From assembly GCA_900766815.1 (NCBI GenBank), contig CAAFWV010000057.1, forward strand, positions 7,404-71,403: a stretch of 64,000 nucleotides of DNA, in the 5' to 3' direction. A program made the position numbers and the translations under genes. Of this stretch, positions 10,663 through 20,279 are shown piece by piece (the first letter of the stretch is position 1; each line of letters opens with the position of its first letter). Source of the DNA: Lachnospiraceae bacterium. GTDB taxonomy: Bacteria; Bacillota; Clostridia; Lachnospirales; Lachnospiraceae. Under the pieces are notes generated by a model. That model did no database searches. It was given only the letters and a program-made list of their open reading frames with translations, and had not been told where the DNA came from.

Positions 10663-11190
10663 CTACATATCCGTGAGAAGCTCCGACACGTATTTATCCC
10701 AGATTCTGTCTGCCTCTTTATCCAGGGTAAACTCCCTGTAAGCAATACCAGTAGTCACGTTCACATGGTTATTGGCAAAGCTGATATTAATAATGAGATA
10801 ATCAACCAAGGCATTTGCTTCCCCACCCAGAAGCTTAAGTGCCATATCGGGCTTAAGATACAGGGTCAGCTTCATGTAAACCGGAGTATGCTTTCCCTTG
10901 ATAAGCCCCGTAATAACCTGACGCAGCCTGCTGAAGGCCTCGTAATCATAGGGCGCTTCGGTGACAATTACATCCTCGTCGTTATCATAGAATTCACGGT
11001 TAATGAGTCCGTCGATATGGTAAGTAACCGCGGTTTTCACATAGGCTTCCTTAAGCAGAAAATCATCAAACATCTCGCCTAGAAGAAGCGCATTCATAAA
11101 TTCCTTATTGCTTTTGATTTCTAAATTTTCCATAAATTCAGTATATATTACAGTACATCTATTTACAATGATAGATAACAATGCTATCAT
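10663..11190 (-). CDS. Hypothetical cytoplasmic protein (no recognisable motif)
   Basis: ORF of 175 aa; the true start is probably an internal Met (MENLEIKSNKEF...). No family recognised. Confidence 0.35.
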   Translation of the reverse strand: MIALLSIIVNRCTVIYTEFMENLEIKSNKEFMNALLLGEMFDDFLLKEAYVKTAVTYHIDGLINREFYDNDEDVIVTEAPYDYEAFSRLRQVITGLIKGKHTPVYMKLTLYLKPDMALKLLGGEANALVDYLIINISFANNHVNVTTGIAYREFTLDKEADRIWDKYVSELLTDM

Positions 11191-11227
11191 ACATAGTATT
11201 GAAAACTACATGCAAAAGGAGACACCC

Positions 11228-12094
11228 ATGGCACACTATCTTATAATTGCCGACAGCAGTTGCGAATTACCCGAGGAATATCGCAATGACGCGCGTTTCT
11301 CACTGGTTCCCTTCTATATCAATATAGAAGATAACATTACAATCGATACACCGGATATCGACATACCCAAGCTTCTATCGGATATTGCAGCAAGCACTAC
11401 CTGTCCCAAGAGCTCATGTCCGTCTCCTGAGGCCTTCATAAAGCTCATAGAGGAAAGCGATGCCACCAATATATATATTGTTACCATTTCAAGTCATCTG
11501 AGTGGCTGTTACAATTCAGCCGTGCTTGCCATGAACACCTACAACGAGGAGCACGACGATAAGAATATCCTGGTAATTGATTCAGAGTCCGCCTCCTGCG
11601 GTGAAAGCCAGCTTGCCCTAAAGGCCATGGAATACGAGGAGGAAGGCTTAAGTTTTGAGGAAATCAGCACCAGGCTGTTAACCTTCAGGGATACCATGTC
11701 TACCTATTGTGTCCTTGATAACCTGGATACACTAAGGAAGAACGGACGTCTCTCCAAGGTATCCGCACTTGCAGCCAGTACACTCAATATTAAGCCTTTG
11801 CTTATGGGAGTTAAGGGAGAGCTCGAAGCAGCCGGCAAGACAATCGGCCTTAAGAAAGCATGGAATATGATGGTTGACAGAATAGTTAAGGATGTCACCT
11901 CCGATTGCAGGACCACCGATTATCTCAAGTCTCACTTCAGACTGATCATCTCACACTGCAACAACCTAAGCGGTGCGGAGAAGATTGCTTCCATGTTACA
12001 GGAACGTGCCCCGTTTATCGACTACGTCATTATGCATACGAGCGGACTCAGTACACTGTATGCCAACGACGGCGGCATAATCGTAACCTACTAG
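11228..12094 (+). CDS. DegV-family fatty-acid-binding protein
   Basis: MAHYLIIADSSCELPEEY... with DegV-like pattern; start chosen at the ATG preceded by AAAGGAGACACCC. Confidence 0.75.
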   Translation: MAHYLIIADSSCELPEEYRNDARFSLVPFYINIEDNITIDTPDIDIPKLLSDIAASTTCPKSSCPSPEAFIKLIEESDATNIYIVTISSHLSGCYNSAVLAMNTYNEEHDDKNILVIDSESASCGESQLALKAMEYEEEGLSFEEISTRLLTFRDTMSTYCVLDNLDTLRKNGRLSKVSALAASTLNIKPLLMGVKGELEAAGKTIGLKKAWNMMVDRIVKDVTSDCRTTDYLKSHFRLIISHCNNLSGAEKIASMLQERAPFIDYVIMHTSGLSTLYANDGGIIVTY

Positions 12095-12816
12095 CAGCCT
12101 AACGCGGCCTTGCGGTTCTTCAGGGCTTTCATAACTGAACGCGCTACCTTAATCCTTTTGCCGTTGGTCATGATAACTCCATAGAAGTGAAAGCTCTCAA
12201 TATATCTTACATTAAGTATCGTCTTTTTATTAACCCAGAAGAAGCTGTCATAATTACTCAAGTCTTCTCTCAGAATCTCAAGGGTGGTGGTAGCCTGTCG
12301 GCTGCTGCCATCCTTAAAATATACCGTCAGAGAATATCCCCCGCCTTCAAAATACAGCACATCAGGCTCAGTCACATAGTAGGCCTCATAATTGCTTCTA
12401 AGCTCAATCGTAGGGATGAACTCTTCCTTCTTCTTCTCAATAATACCGTCAAGAAGTCCGGCTAGCTCACCTGTATCAATGGGCTTATCGATAAAGAGCG
12501 TATTCTCTAAGGGCTCATAGGTTCTGTAATCCACATTGGAAATACAGAATACAATAGGAGTTATGATTCCCTTCTTCCTTATTGCAAGCGCTATTGTATA
12601 CGAATCACTAAGAAGGATATCCGAATCGATAAAATAGACATCATAAACCAGGGCAGCCTTAAGTATCGCCTCAATACTTCCGAAGGTATCCACATAGAAG
12701 CCGCCTGTTGTATTTATTCTCTTATCTGACTCCCTCTCAAGGAGACGTTCCATATGTCTCCTGTCACCGGGATTACTGTCGCACAGTGCAATATGAAGTG
12801 AGGTATCCATACACAT
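12091..12816 (-). CDS. Orphan response regulator with a LytTR DNA-binding domain
   Basis: N-terminal receiver-like domain; C-terminal LytTR-type beta-fold region ...YYVTEPDVLYFEGGGYSLTVYFKDGSSRQATTTLEILREDL... No kinase adjacent. Confidence 0.7.
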   Translation of the reverse strand: MCMDTSLHIALCDSNPGDRRHMERLLERESDKRINTTGGFYVDTFGSIEAILKAALVYDVYFIDSDILLSDSYTIALAIRKKGIITPIVFCISNVDYRTYEPLENTLFIDKPIDTGELAGLLDGIIEKKKEEFIPTIELRSNYEAYYVTEPDVLYFEGGGYSLTVYFKDGSSRQATTTLEILREDLSNYDSFFWVNKKTILNVRYIESFHFYGVIMTNGKRIKVARSVMKALKNRKAALGC

Positions 12817-12819
12817 CTC

Positions 12820-13113
12820 CTACAGAAACACGAATTTAATCGGGGACAGCCACAGGGCTATCACAATAAGCAGCTGAACAATAAGAATTGCAGGCAGACC
12901 ATACAGGAAATACAGATGCCTGGTCTTATGATGAAACAGATGCATACCCAGAATCGAGCCTATACTTCCGCCTATTATCGCTAGAAGAAATAAGTTTGCC
13001 TCAGGTATCCTGTATGCCCTTTTCTTGGCACGTCTCTTATCAATACCCATAGCAGCAAACCCTGCAATATTTACCACAATCAAATACAGAACCATTAATG
13101 TTATCACTCTCAT
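12820..13113 (-). CDS. DUF1294-family small membrane protein
   Basis: GIDKRRAKKRAYRIPEANLFLLAIIGGSIGSILGMHLFHHKTRH matches the DUF1294 pattern; two flanking TM segments. Confidence 0.55.
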   Translation of the reverse strand: MRVITLMVLYLIVVNIAGFAAMGIDKRRAKKRAYRIPEANLFLLAIIGGSIGSILGMHLFHHKTRHLYFLYGLPAILIVQLLIVIALWLSPIKFVFL

Positions 13114-13200
13114 AGAATACTTGTCATAGAAAATATAGCTTTAGAATATATAGCTTTAGAAACCTCGGTCCCTGAACACTCAGCCTTCGAACGCGTAGCC

Positions 13201-13797
13201 TTAGTTGCCTAAGGGAATATCACCGTCAGCAATGCGTGCTATTATCTCAACCAGGAACTCATGCTCCCTCTCAAGCACTCTTGCAGCAAGTGTGTCACAG
13301 TCATCTCCCTCAAGCACCGGCACTCTGGTCTGAGCCACAATCTCACCGCTGTCATACTTATTATTCACGCGATGAATAGTCACGCCGCTCTCCTTCTCAC
13401 CCGCAGCAATAACCGCCTTATGCACATTGATTCCGTACATACCTTTACCACCATACTTTGGCAAAAGCGCGGGATGAATGTTAAAGACCCTGTTAAAATA
13501 TGCATCCAGTACTGAGTCATGCAGTTTCCTCATATATCCTGCGAGGAAGATCATATCAATATTGTACTCAGCGAGAACCTCGAGTATACGCTTGGCAAGC
13601 TTATCCTCATCACCCATATTCTTAGTGCTTAAATAATAGTGGGGGATGCCTTCTTTGATGGCTCTCTGCATAGCCATGCTGTCTTCATTATTGGTAATCA
13701 TCACAGCGACCGTGGCATTGATCTGACCGCTCTTGCAGCCATCAATTATTGCCTGCATATCGCTTCCGCCATGTGATGCAAATACTGCTATGTTCAT
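13201..13797 (-). CDS. purN: Phosphoribosylglycinamide formyltransferase
   Basis: MNIAVFASHGGSDMQAII..., formyl-transferase motif NIHPALLPKYGGKGMYG..H.AV; 198 aa. Confidence 0.85.
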   Translation of the reverse strand: MNIAVFASHGGSDMQAIIDGCKSGQINATVAVMITNNEDSMAMQRAIKEGIPHYYLSTKNMGDEDKLAKRILEVLAEYNIDMIFLAGYMRKLHDSVLDAYFNRVFNIHPALLPKYGGKGMYGINVHKAVIAAGEKESGVTIHRVNNKYDSGEIVAQTRVPVLEGDDCDTLAARVLEREHEFLVEIIARIADGDIPLGN

Positions 13798-13814
13798 CTG
13801 CTTACTCCTTTATT

Positions 13815-14048
13815 CTACTCATCGAATTCCACGGTTACATAGAAGCCCCTTGGATTCTCTTTAACGTCCACAACCTCACCTGTATCAACCTTCAGTCTGT
13901 CATTGGCTGCAACGTTTGGTGACATTGCAAGTGAAGGATCGATAGTATAATAATAATATCCGCTTGGGAGGAGTCCTTCTGTTACGGTGATTCTATCGCC
14001 CACCTTGCACACTCCGACTCTCTCCATCTTAAATTCCATTCGTCTCAT
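13815..14048 (-). CDS. Small hypothetical protein (77 aa), translationally coupled (ATGA) to the downstream EamA transporter
   Basis: ORF with a 4-nt overlap to 14045..14932; no clear family. Confidence 0.35.
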   Translation of the reverse strand: MRRMEFKMERVGVCKVGDRITVTEGLLPSGYYYYTIDPSLAMSPNVAANDRLKVDTGEVVDVKENPRGFYVTVEFDE

Positions 14049-14932
14049 GATTCTACCTTAGTTCTTCCGGGCAGCTGTGCAATAATTACACCGGTGAATA
14101 CAAGCGCACAGCCGAATACCTCAATTGCAGACATTTTTTCACCGAGAATCACAAGACCTGCAAGAGCTGAGAATACCGATTCCAGACTCATAATCAGGCA
14201 GGCAATGGTCGGCTCAACATTCTTCTGAGCAATAATCTGAAGTGTATAGGCTATTCCGCAGCTCATAACTCCCGCATAGAGAATAGGGAAGCTGCAGGCT
14301 GCAATATCACTCCAGGTGAAGCTCTCTGTAAGCAGAGCTCCTGTTGTGCAGATAAGAGCACTTACCGCAAACTGAATCGAACTCATCATAACGCCGTTAG
14401 CCCTGGGCGCAAAATGATCCACAATATGTATATGCACCGACCAGAGAATTGCACAGATAAGCACGAGCAAATCGCCCTTATTAATTGTCATTGTCTCAGA
14501 GATACACATGAAATAGAAGCCCACAATGGCAATAATGGCAGCAAGCCAGGTCCTGCCTGTGATTTTCTTACCCAGTACCACTGCAAGGAAGGGCACAATA
14601 ATGATATAGAGCGAGGTTACGAAGCCGGCCTTACCGACTGTTGTATACAGTAAGCCGAACTGCTGGAATAAGGTCGCGGCAGCCATTGCACATCCGCAGC
14701 AGATACCGCCCTTAATTGTGTCATGAAGTGAGTACTGAGCACTTTTGCCCTCCTTCTTATCCATAGCCTTAACTAAGAAAATAACAGGGATAAGGATAAT
14801 GGCACCCACCGTGAATCTGGATGCGTTGAAGGCACAGGGTCCCAGATAGTCCATGCCGACGCTCTGCGCCACAAAAGCCGTTCCCCAGATAAGAGCAACG
14901 ATAAATAATTCTATTGTACTTATTATCTTCAT
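14045..14932 (-). CDS. EamA/DMT-family transporter (10 TM)
   Basis: Two repeated 5-TM EamA-like halves; hydrophobic profile. Confidence 0.7.
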   Translation of the reverse strand: MKIISTIELFIVALIWGTAFVAQSVGMDYLGPCAFNASRFTVGAIILIPVIFLVKAMDKKEGKSAQYSLHDTIKGGICCGCAMAAATLFQQFGLLYTTVGKAGFVTSLYIIIVPFLAVVLGKKITGRTWLAAIIAIVGFYFMCISETMTINKGDLLVLICAILWSVHIHIVDHFAPRANGVMMSSIQFAVSALICTTGALLTESFTWSDIAACSFPILYAGVMSCGIAYTLQIIAQKNVEPTIACLIMSLESVFSALAGLVILGEKMSAIEVFGCALVFTGVIIAQLPGRTKVES

Positions 14933-14935
14933 AAC

Positions 14936-15313
14936 TTAATAAAGGCTTGCTATAACCTCAACCTCACATAACACATTCTTGGGAAGCTGCTTAACAGCAA
15001 CACAGCTTCTGGCGGGCTTTCCCGGGAAATATTTCTCATACACACTGTTGAATGCCTGGAAATCATTCATATCCGCAAGGAAGCAGGTGGTCTTAACCAC
15101 GTCCTCATAGCCCACGCCTGCCTCGATAAGGATGGCACCAATGTTCTTCATAACCTGTTCTGTCTGTTCTTCGATTGTGGTTGTCTCCACGTTGCCTGTT
15201 GCCGGATTAATCGGAATCTGACCTGAGGCAAAGAGCATCTTGTTGGCGATTACTGCCTGTGAATACGGTCCGATTGCAGCCGGAGCCTTGTCTGTTGATA
15301 CCTTCTTAATCAT
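14936..15313 (-). CDS. ridA: RidA/YjgF-family reactive-intermediate deaminase
   Basis: APAAIGPYSQAV..., 125 aa; C-terminal signature ...PARSCVAV..LP. Confidence 0.85.
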   Translation of the reverse strand: MIKKVSTDKAPAAIGPYSQAVIANKMLFASGQIPINPATGNVETTTIEEQTEQVMKNIGAILIEAGVGYEDVVKTTCFLADMNDFQAFNSVYEKYFPGKPARSCVAVKQLPKNVLCEVEVIASLY

Positions 15314-15365
15314 AATTTTTCTCCTCTCTATCTGATAACTGCCGGGACTGAGCCCGGCAGCATTA

Positions 15366-18300
15366 TTATTTTATCTCGGAATGATAAATCTGAAGTGCCT
15401 TGACACCCGCACTCGGATTGGTCTTCACGTAGTGAATTCCCTCTGCAGAAGCCTTGGCTGCCGCAACTGTTGTAACATATGGAACCTTGGCCTTGATTGC
15501 TGCCTTTCTTAAGTAGCTGTCATCAAGCTTACTGTCCTTGCCGACAGGCGAATTGATGATGATGTCAATCTCTCCGTTGGTAATCATATCATTGATATCA
15601 GGTCTGCCCTCTCCAAGCTTGTTGACCTTAACCGCTTCGATTCCCGCTTCCTTAAGGGTATTGTAGGTACCCTCTGTTGCAAGTATTCTGAAGCCGTCAT
15701 TGCTGAAGGTACGGGCAACAGGGATAATCTCATCCTTATCCTTGCGGTTAACCGAAATAAGAACCGTACCCGACAGCGGAAGCTTGGACTGAATTGCTTC
15801 CTGAGCCTTATAGAAGGCCTCACCGAAGGATGCTGACAGACCCAGAACCTCACCGGTACTTCTCATCTCAGGGCCGAGGATTGGATCCACCTCAGGGAAC
15901 ATATTGAACGGGAAGGCTGCTTCCTTAACACCGAAGTTCGGAATAGTCTTCTCTTTAAGTGTCGGAACCGGGCTCTCGACTCCTGTGAGCTTAGAGGTAA
16001 TAATCCTGGTTGCAAGAGGTACCATTCTGATATTACATACCTTGGATACGAGCGGTACTGTACGTGACGCTCTGGGATTGGCTTCAAGCACGAATACCTT
16101 GCCGTTCTCAATTGCATACTGCATGTTCATGAGTCCCTCAACATGCATCTCCTCTGCAATTTTTCTTGTATATTCCTTAATTGTATTAAGATTATCCTCT
16201 GAGATATGTACAGAAGGAATAATGCAGGCAGAGTCACCTGAGTGTACACCCGCAAGCTCTATATGCTCCATAACCGCAGGAACGAAGGCATGCTTGCCGT
16301 CTGCAATCGCATCAGCCTCGCACTCGAGAGCATGATTCAGGAATCTGTCTATAAGAATAGGTCTGTCGGGAGTAACGCCAACGGCTGCTGCCATGTACTC
16401 CTTCAGAGTCTCATCATCATATACGACCTCCATTCCGCGTCCGCCAAGAACGTATGAAGGACGAACCATAACGGGGTATCCGATTCTGCCGGCAATCTCA
16501 AGAGCCTCAGATACATCTACAGCCATACCCGACTCCGGCATCGGAATATCAAGCTTATCCATCATGGCACGGAACTGGTCCCTGTCCTCTGCAAGGTCAA
16601 TTACTGCAGGACTTGTTCCGAGAATGGTAACACCGTTCTTCTCAAGCTCTGCGGCAAGATTCAGAGGTGTCTGACCTCCAAACTGTGCAATGACTCCAAG
16701 AGGCTTCTCCTTCTCATATATACTGAGTACATCCTCAAGAGTCAGAGGCTCAAAATAGAGTTTGTCAGAGGTATCATAATCTGTAGATACCGTCTCAGGG
16801 TTACAGTTAACAATGATTGTCTCAAAGCCGAGTCTCTTAAGCTCCATTGCCGCATGGACACAGCAGTAATCAAACTCGATACCCTGTCCGATTCTGTTGG
16901 GGCCTCCACCCAGAATCATAATCTTTTTGTTATTGCTTGAAGGGCTCTCATCCTTCTCAATATTGTAGCTTGAATAGTAATAAGCGCTGTTCTCGGTTCC
17001 CGATACATGAACCCCTTCCCAGGCCTCCTTAAGTCCAATCTCAAGTCTTCTGTTTCTGATATCCTCTTCCTTAACATCCAATATCTGACTTAAGTACTTA
17101 TCAGAGAAGCCGTCCTTCTTAAGGCTTGTTAAGGTCTCATCGGAAGGAACACTGCCCCTGCTTGTTGCAATAACTGCTTCTTCCTCCTCCACAAGCTCCT
17201 TCATCTGCTCTACAAAGTAGCTCTTAACCTTGGTAATCTCCGTAATCTCTTCTACGGTTGCACCCTTTCTTAAGGCTTCATACATAAGGAAATGTCTCTC
17301 GCTTGATGGAGTTACAAGCCTAGCTAACAACTCTTCCTTACTAAGCGAATCAAAGTTCTTGGCATGACCGAGTCCGTATCTGCCGGTCTCAAGAGACCTT
17401 ATTGCCTTCTGGAAGGCCTCCTTATAGGTCTTACCGATACTCATGACCTCACCAACGGCGCGCATCTGGGTACCAAGCTTATCCTCTACACCCTTGAACT
17501 TCTCGAAAGCCCAGCGTGCGAACTTAATAACAACATAATCTCCGTCCGGAACATACTTATCAAGTGAGCCGTACTTGCCACAGGGAATATCCTTAAGTGT
17601 AAGTCCTGTTGCAAGCATAGCCGATACAAGGGCAATAGGGAAGCCTGTCGCCTTACTTGCAAGCGCTGATGAACGTGATGTACGTGGATTAATCTCAATT
17701 ACGATTATTCTTCCGTCCTTAGGATTTCTTGCAAACTGTACATTGGTTCCGCCGATTACCTGAACCTTGTCAACAATGCTGTAGGCCTGGCGCTGCAATT
17801 CCTTCTGCACATCCTCGGGAATGGTAAGCATCGGCGCAGAACAGAACGAATCTCCGGTATGAACACCGATTGGATCGATATTCTCTATAAAGCAGACTGT
17901 TATCATATTGCCTTCACAGTCTCTTACAACCTCAAGCTCGAGCTCCTCCCAGCCCAGAACCGATTCCTCAACAAGAACCTGTCCAACAAGAGAAGCCTGA
18001 AGACCTCTTGCACATACTGTCTTAAGCTCTTCTTTATTATATACAAGTCCGCCGCCGGCACCGCCCATGGTATAGGCAGGACGGAGAACAACGGGATATC
18101 CCAGTTCATCTGCAATCTCTAAGGCATGCTCTACAGAATAGGCAACGTCAGATCTTGCCATACCGATTCCGAGTTCATCCATGGTATTCTTGAACTCTAT
18201 TCTGTCCTCACCGCGCTCGATTGCATCAACCTGTACACCGATTACCTTAACACCGTACTTATCTAATACTCCGGCCTTATTTAACTCTGAACAGAGGTTA

Positions 18301-18587
18301 AGTCCTGACTGTCCTCCAAGATTGGGAAGCAGCGCATCCGGTCTCTCCTTGGCAATTATCTGCTCCAGACGTTCTACATTGAGCGGCTCAATATACGTTA
18401 CATCTGCAGTCTCGGGATCGGTCATGATAGTCGCCGGATTGGAGTTGACCAATACAATTTCATAGCCAAGCTTACGCAATGCCTTGCATGCCTGAGTTCC
18501 CGAATAGTCAAACTCACATGCCTGTCCGATAATAATCGGTCCCGATCCAATAATTAATACTTTGTGGATGTCTGTTCTTTTAGCCAT
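15366..18587 (-). CDS. carB: Carbamoyl-phosphate synthase large subunit
   Basis: Duplicated ATP-grasp halves (IIGSGPIIIGQACEFDYSG... and ILGGGPNRIGQGIEFDYCC...), MGS-like C-terminus. Start taken at MAKRTDIHKVLIIGSGP. Confidence 0.95.
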   Translation of the reverse strand: MAKRTDIHKVLIIGSGPIIIGQACEFDYSGTQACKALRKLGYEIVLVNSNPATIMTDPETADVTYIEPLNVERLEQIIAKERPDALLPNLGGQSGLNLCSELNKAGVLDKYGVKVIGVQVDAIERGEDRIEFKNTMDELGIGMARSDVAYSVEHALEIADELGYPVVLRPAYTMGGAGGGLVYNKEELKTVCARGLQASLVGQVLVEESVLGWEELELEVVRDCEGNMITVCFIENIDPIGVHTGDSFCSAPMLTIPEDVQKELQRQAYSIVDKVQVIGGTNVQFARNPKDGRIIVIEINPRTSRSSALASKATGFPIALVSAMLATGLTLKDIPCGKYGSLDKYVPDGDYVVIKFARWAFEKFKGVEDKLGTQMRAVGEVMSIGKTYKEAFQKAIRSLETGRYGLGHAKNFDSLSKEELLARLVTPSSERHFLMYEALRKGATVEEITEITKVKSYFVEQMKELVEEEEAVIATSRGSVPSDETLTSLKKDGFSDKYLSQILDVKEEDIRNRRLEIGLKEAWEGVHVSGTENSAYYYSSYNIEKDESPSSNNKKIMILGGGPNRIGQGIEFDYCCVHAAMELKRLGFETIIVNCNPETVSTDYDTSDKLYFEPLTLEDVLSIYEKEKPLGVIAQFGGQTPLNLAAELEKNGVTILGTSPAVIDLAEDRDQFRAMMDKLDIPMPESGMAVDVSEALEIAGRIGYPVMVRPSYVLGGRGMEVVYDDETLKEYMAAAVGVTPDRPILIDRFLNHALECEADAIADGKHAFVPAVMEHIELAGVHSGDSACIIPSVHISEDNLNTIKEYTRKIAEEMHVEGLMNMQYAIENGKVFVLEANPRASRTVPLVSKVCNIRMVPLATRIITSKLTGVESPVPTLKEKTIPNFGVKEAAFPFNMFPEVDPILGPEMRSTGEVLGLSASFGEAFYKAQEAIQSKLPLSGTVLISVNRKDKDEIIPVARTFSNDGFRILATEGTYNTLKEAGIEAVKVNKLGEGRPDINDMITNGEIDIIINSPVGKDSKLDDSYLRKAAIKAKVPYVTTVAAAKASAEGIHYVKTNPSAGVKALQIYHSEIK

Positions 18588-18613
18588 CTTAGCCTCCTTA
18601 TACTGTTCCTTCT

Positions 18614-18650
18614 GCTCTAAAAATAAGGAGAACATAGAATGTTCTCCTTA
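18614..18650 (-). terminator. Rho-independent terminator between the Zn-ribbon/TPR gene and carB
   Basis: AAGGAGAACAT-agaa-TGTTCTCCTT hairpin, followed on the minus strand by ATTTTTAG. Confidence 0.5.
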
Positions 18651-18659
18651 GAACTTTAA

Positions 18660-20066
18660 TTATTCATTATTCAGCTCATTGATAAACTGCTGCGAACGTG
18701 TAGCCATCTCCGTGTCAGGGAATGACTCAATAACCTTCTGGTATGTATCAATGGCTCTGATAACATCGCCGGACTTACGATATGCATTTCCAAGGTTGAA
18801 CAGGGCATCCCCGTTGCTGCTGTCATACGAATATGCCTTGGTCAGGTTGGCAATGGCCTCCTCGTAGGTCTCGTTCTGATATGCCCTCATGCCTGTATCA
18901 TAATAAGACTGTCCCACGTCTGAGCCAATCTTACCCATAAGGTCTGTATATACCTGTGTGAAGCTCTCTGACGCCATATCAAGCGTAGCCTCATCAATCT
19001 TGTCCAGACTGTCGGCAATCTCTGTCTTGCTCTCCGGATTGTCAAGATACAGCTCTACAGCCTGAAGCAGGTTGTCCATGGCTGTCATGGTTCCGTCTTC
19101 ACCTATGTATATATCAAGCTCGCTCTTAAGCTTATCATTCTGATTATTGGCAGTCCTAAGTTCCTGCTCAAGCTCGGATATCCTGGCTGTGCGCGCATCC
19201 AACTGCTCATTGACGCTCTTTAGGTTCTCATCCATTCCTTCCTTGGCCTCTGTGATTCTGGCAGGAAGAATAAGGAGATATGACACTGCCACACCGATAA
19301 CAATACCCGCAATTACATTTAATATAGTAACCCAGGCTCTGCTCTCATGATGACTTATGGGAGTATAGGATTCAATATCCTTCTCCTTCTTAAATACGGA
19401 ATTATCTAAGATTCCCTTCTTAGTCTTGGTGTCGGTAGCCTCTTCGTCAATATTGAGTACTGCCTCAGCCTCCTTAAGATAACGAAGGGTGGTTGTATTA
19501 TTAACATCAACCTTCTGACACTTAAGCAGCTCCTTCTTGGCATCCTCCCACTGCTCCTGACACAGATACAGCAGGGCAAGCAGCTGGTGAGCCTGTACAT
19601 ATTTGGGATTAAGGCTTACCACCTTCTTAAGCTGAATTACGGCAAGGTCTATGGTTCCCTGATAACAGTAGCTTAATGCCTGGTTATACTTCTTCACAGC
19701 CTGGCTATAGGTATCCAGTTCACTCGGATTATCCTGCAGCATACTGATATAGTCGTCCGCAATATTCTTATTAGGCTTAAGATTCTTGGAGATTACCCAC
19801 TCATTGAGAGCTGATACATATTCTCCCATCTCAAAATATACAAGGCCAAGCAGGTTCCTTGCATCAACATTATTCTTATCTAATTTAAGACATCTCCTAA
19901 GGGAGGTCACTGCTCCCGAAAGATCCCTTACATGAGCCTTCTCCAAACCATCATTGAACAGCATATTGGCAAGGCCTACTATTTTCTTATATCTGGTAAC
20001 ATCAGCCCCACAAGCGGTACAGAATTTATTCTGGGTCAATGTCGCCCCACAATTATAACAGATCAC
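18660..20066 (-). CDS. Zinc-ribbon / TPR-repeat membrane protein with central coiled coil (probable GTG start)
   Basis: N-terminal CYNCG...CTACG zinc ribbon; TPR-like repeats; single TM AWVTILNVIAGIVIGVAVSYLLIL; heptad-rich segment. Confidence 0.55.
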   Translation of the reverse strand: MICYNCGATLTQNKFCTACGADVTRYKKIVGLANMLFNDGLEKAHVRDLSGAVTSLRRCLKLDKNNVDARNLLGLVYFEMGEYVSALNEWVISKNLKPNKNIADDYISMLQDNPSELDTYSQAVKKYNQALSYCYQGTIDLAVIQLKKVVSLNPKYVQAHQLLALLYLCQEQWEDAKKELLKCQKVDVNNTTTLRYLKEAEAVLNIDEEATDTKTKKGILDNSVFKKEKDIESYTPISHHESRAWVTILNVIAGIVIGVAVSYLLILPARITEAKEGMDENLKSVNEQLDARTARISELEQELRTANNQNDKLKSELDIYIGEDGTMTAMDNLLQAVELYLDNPESKTEIADSLDKIDEATLDMASESFTQVYTDLMGKIGSDVGQSYYDTGMRAYQNETYEEAIANLTKAYSYDSSNGDALFNLGNAYRKSGDVIRAIDTYQKVIESFPDTEMATRSQQFINELNNE

Positions 20067-20093
20067 TCTGATTCTCCCACTTATTGCTTTCTT

Positions 20094-20258
20094 CTGCTAC
20101 TTCCGTTACTCTCTTCTTTATCTTCCTTCACAAGCGACACCAGAAGGTCTGCCATATCTGTAAGATCCTGGTTATATATGGCATCCTCTGCCTCCTCTAT
20201 CTCAAGTGACGGATGGAACTTCTTAAGCTCCTCTTCAAAATCTATCATAATAATTCTC
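20094..20258 (-). CDS. Small acidic hypothetical protein (54 aa), absent from the ORF track because it is under 60 aa
   Basis: ATG preceded by GGGAGA with 6 nt spacing; MIDFEEELKKFHPSLEIEEAEDAIYNQDLTDMADLLVSL...; located between folC and the TPR gene. Confidence 0.3.
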
Positions 20259-20279
20259 CCAAATTAATACCGGCAAGCC

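Noticed and set aside
10455-11082. Plus-strand ORFs 10455..10676 and 10507..11082 in the argG upstream region.
   Set aside because: 10455..10676 is a translation of AT-rich promoter DNA (YIIHYYCILF…). 10507..11082 overlaps the better-supported minus-strand hypothetical gene 10663..11190.
13127-13155. Possible CRISPR repeats.
   Set aside because: There are only two 14-nt copies with a 1-nt spacer. No array and no cas genes are present anywhere in the window.
15324-15347. Hairpin CTGCCGGGACTGAGCCCGGCAG between carB and ridA, considered as a terminator.
   Set aside because: On the transcribed (minus) strand it is followed by the ridA RBS rather than a U-run. It is more likely an mRNA processing or stability element, or has no function.
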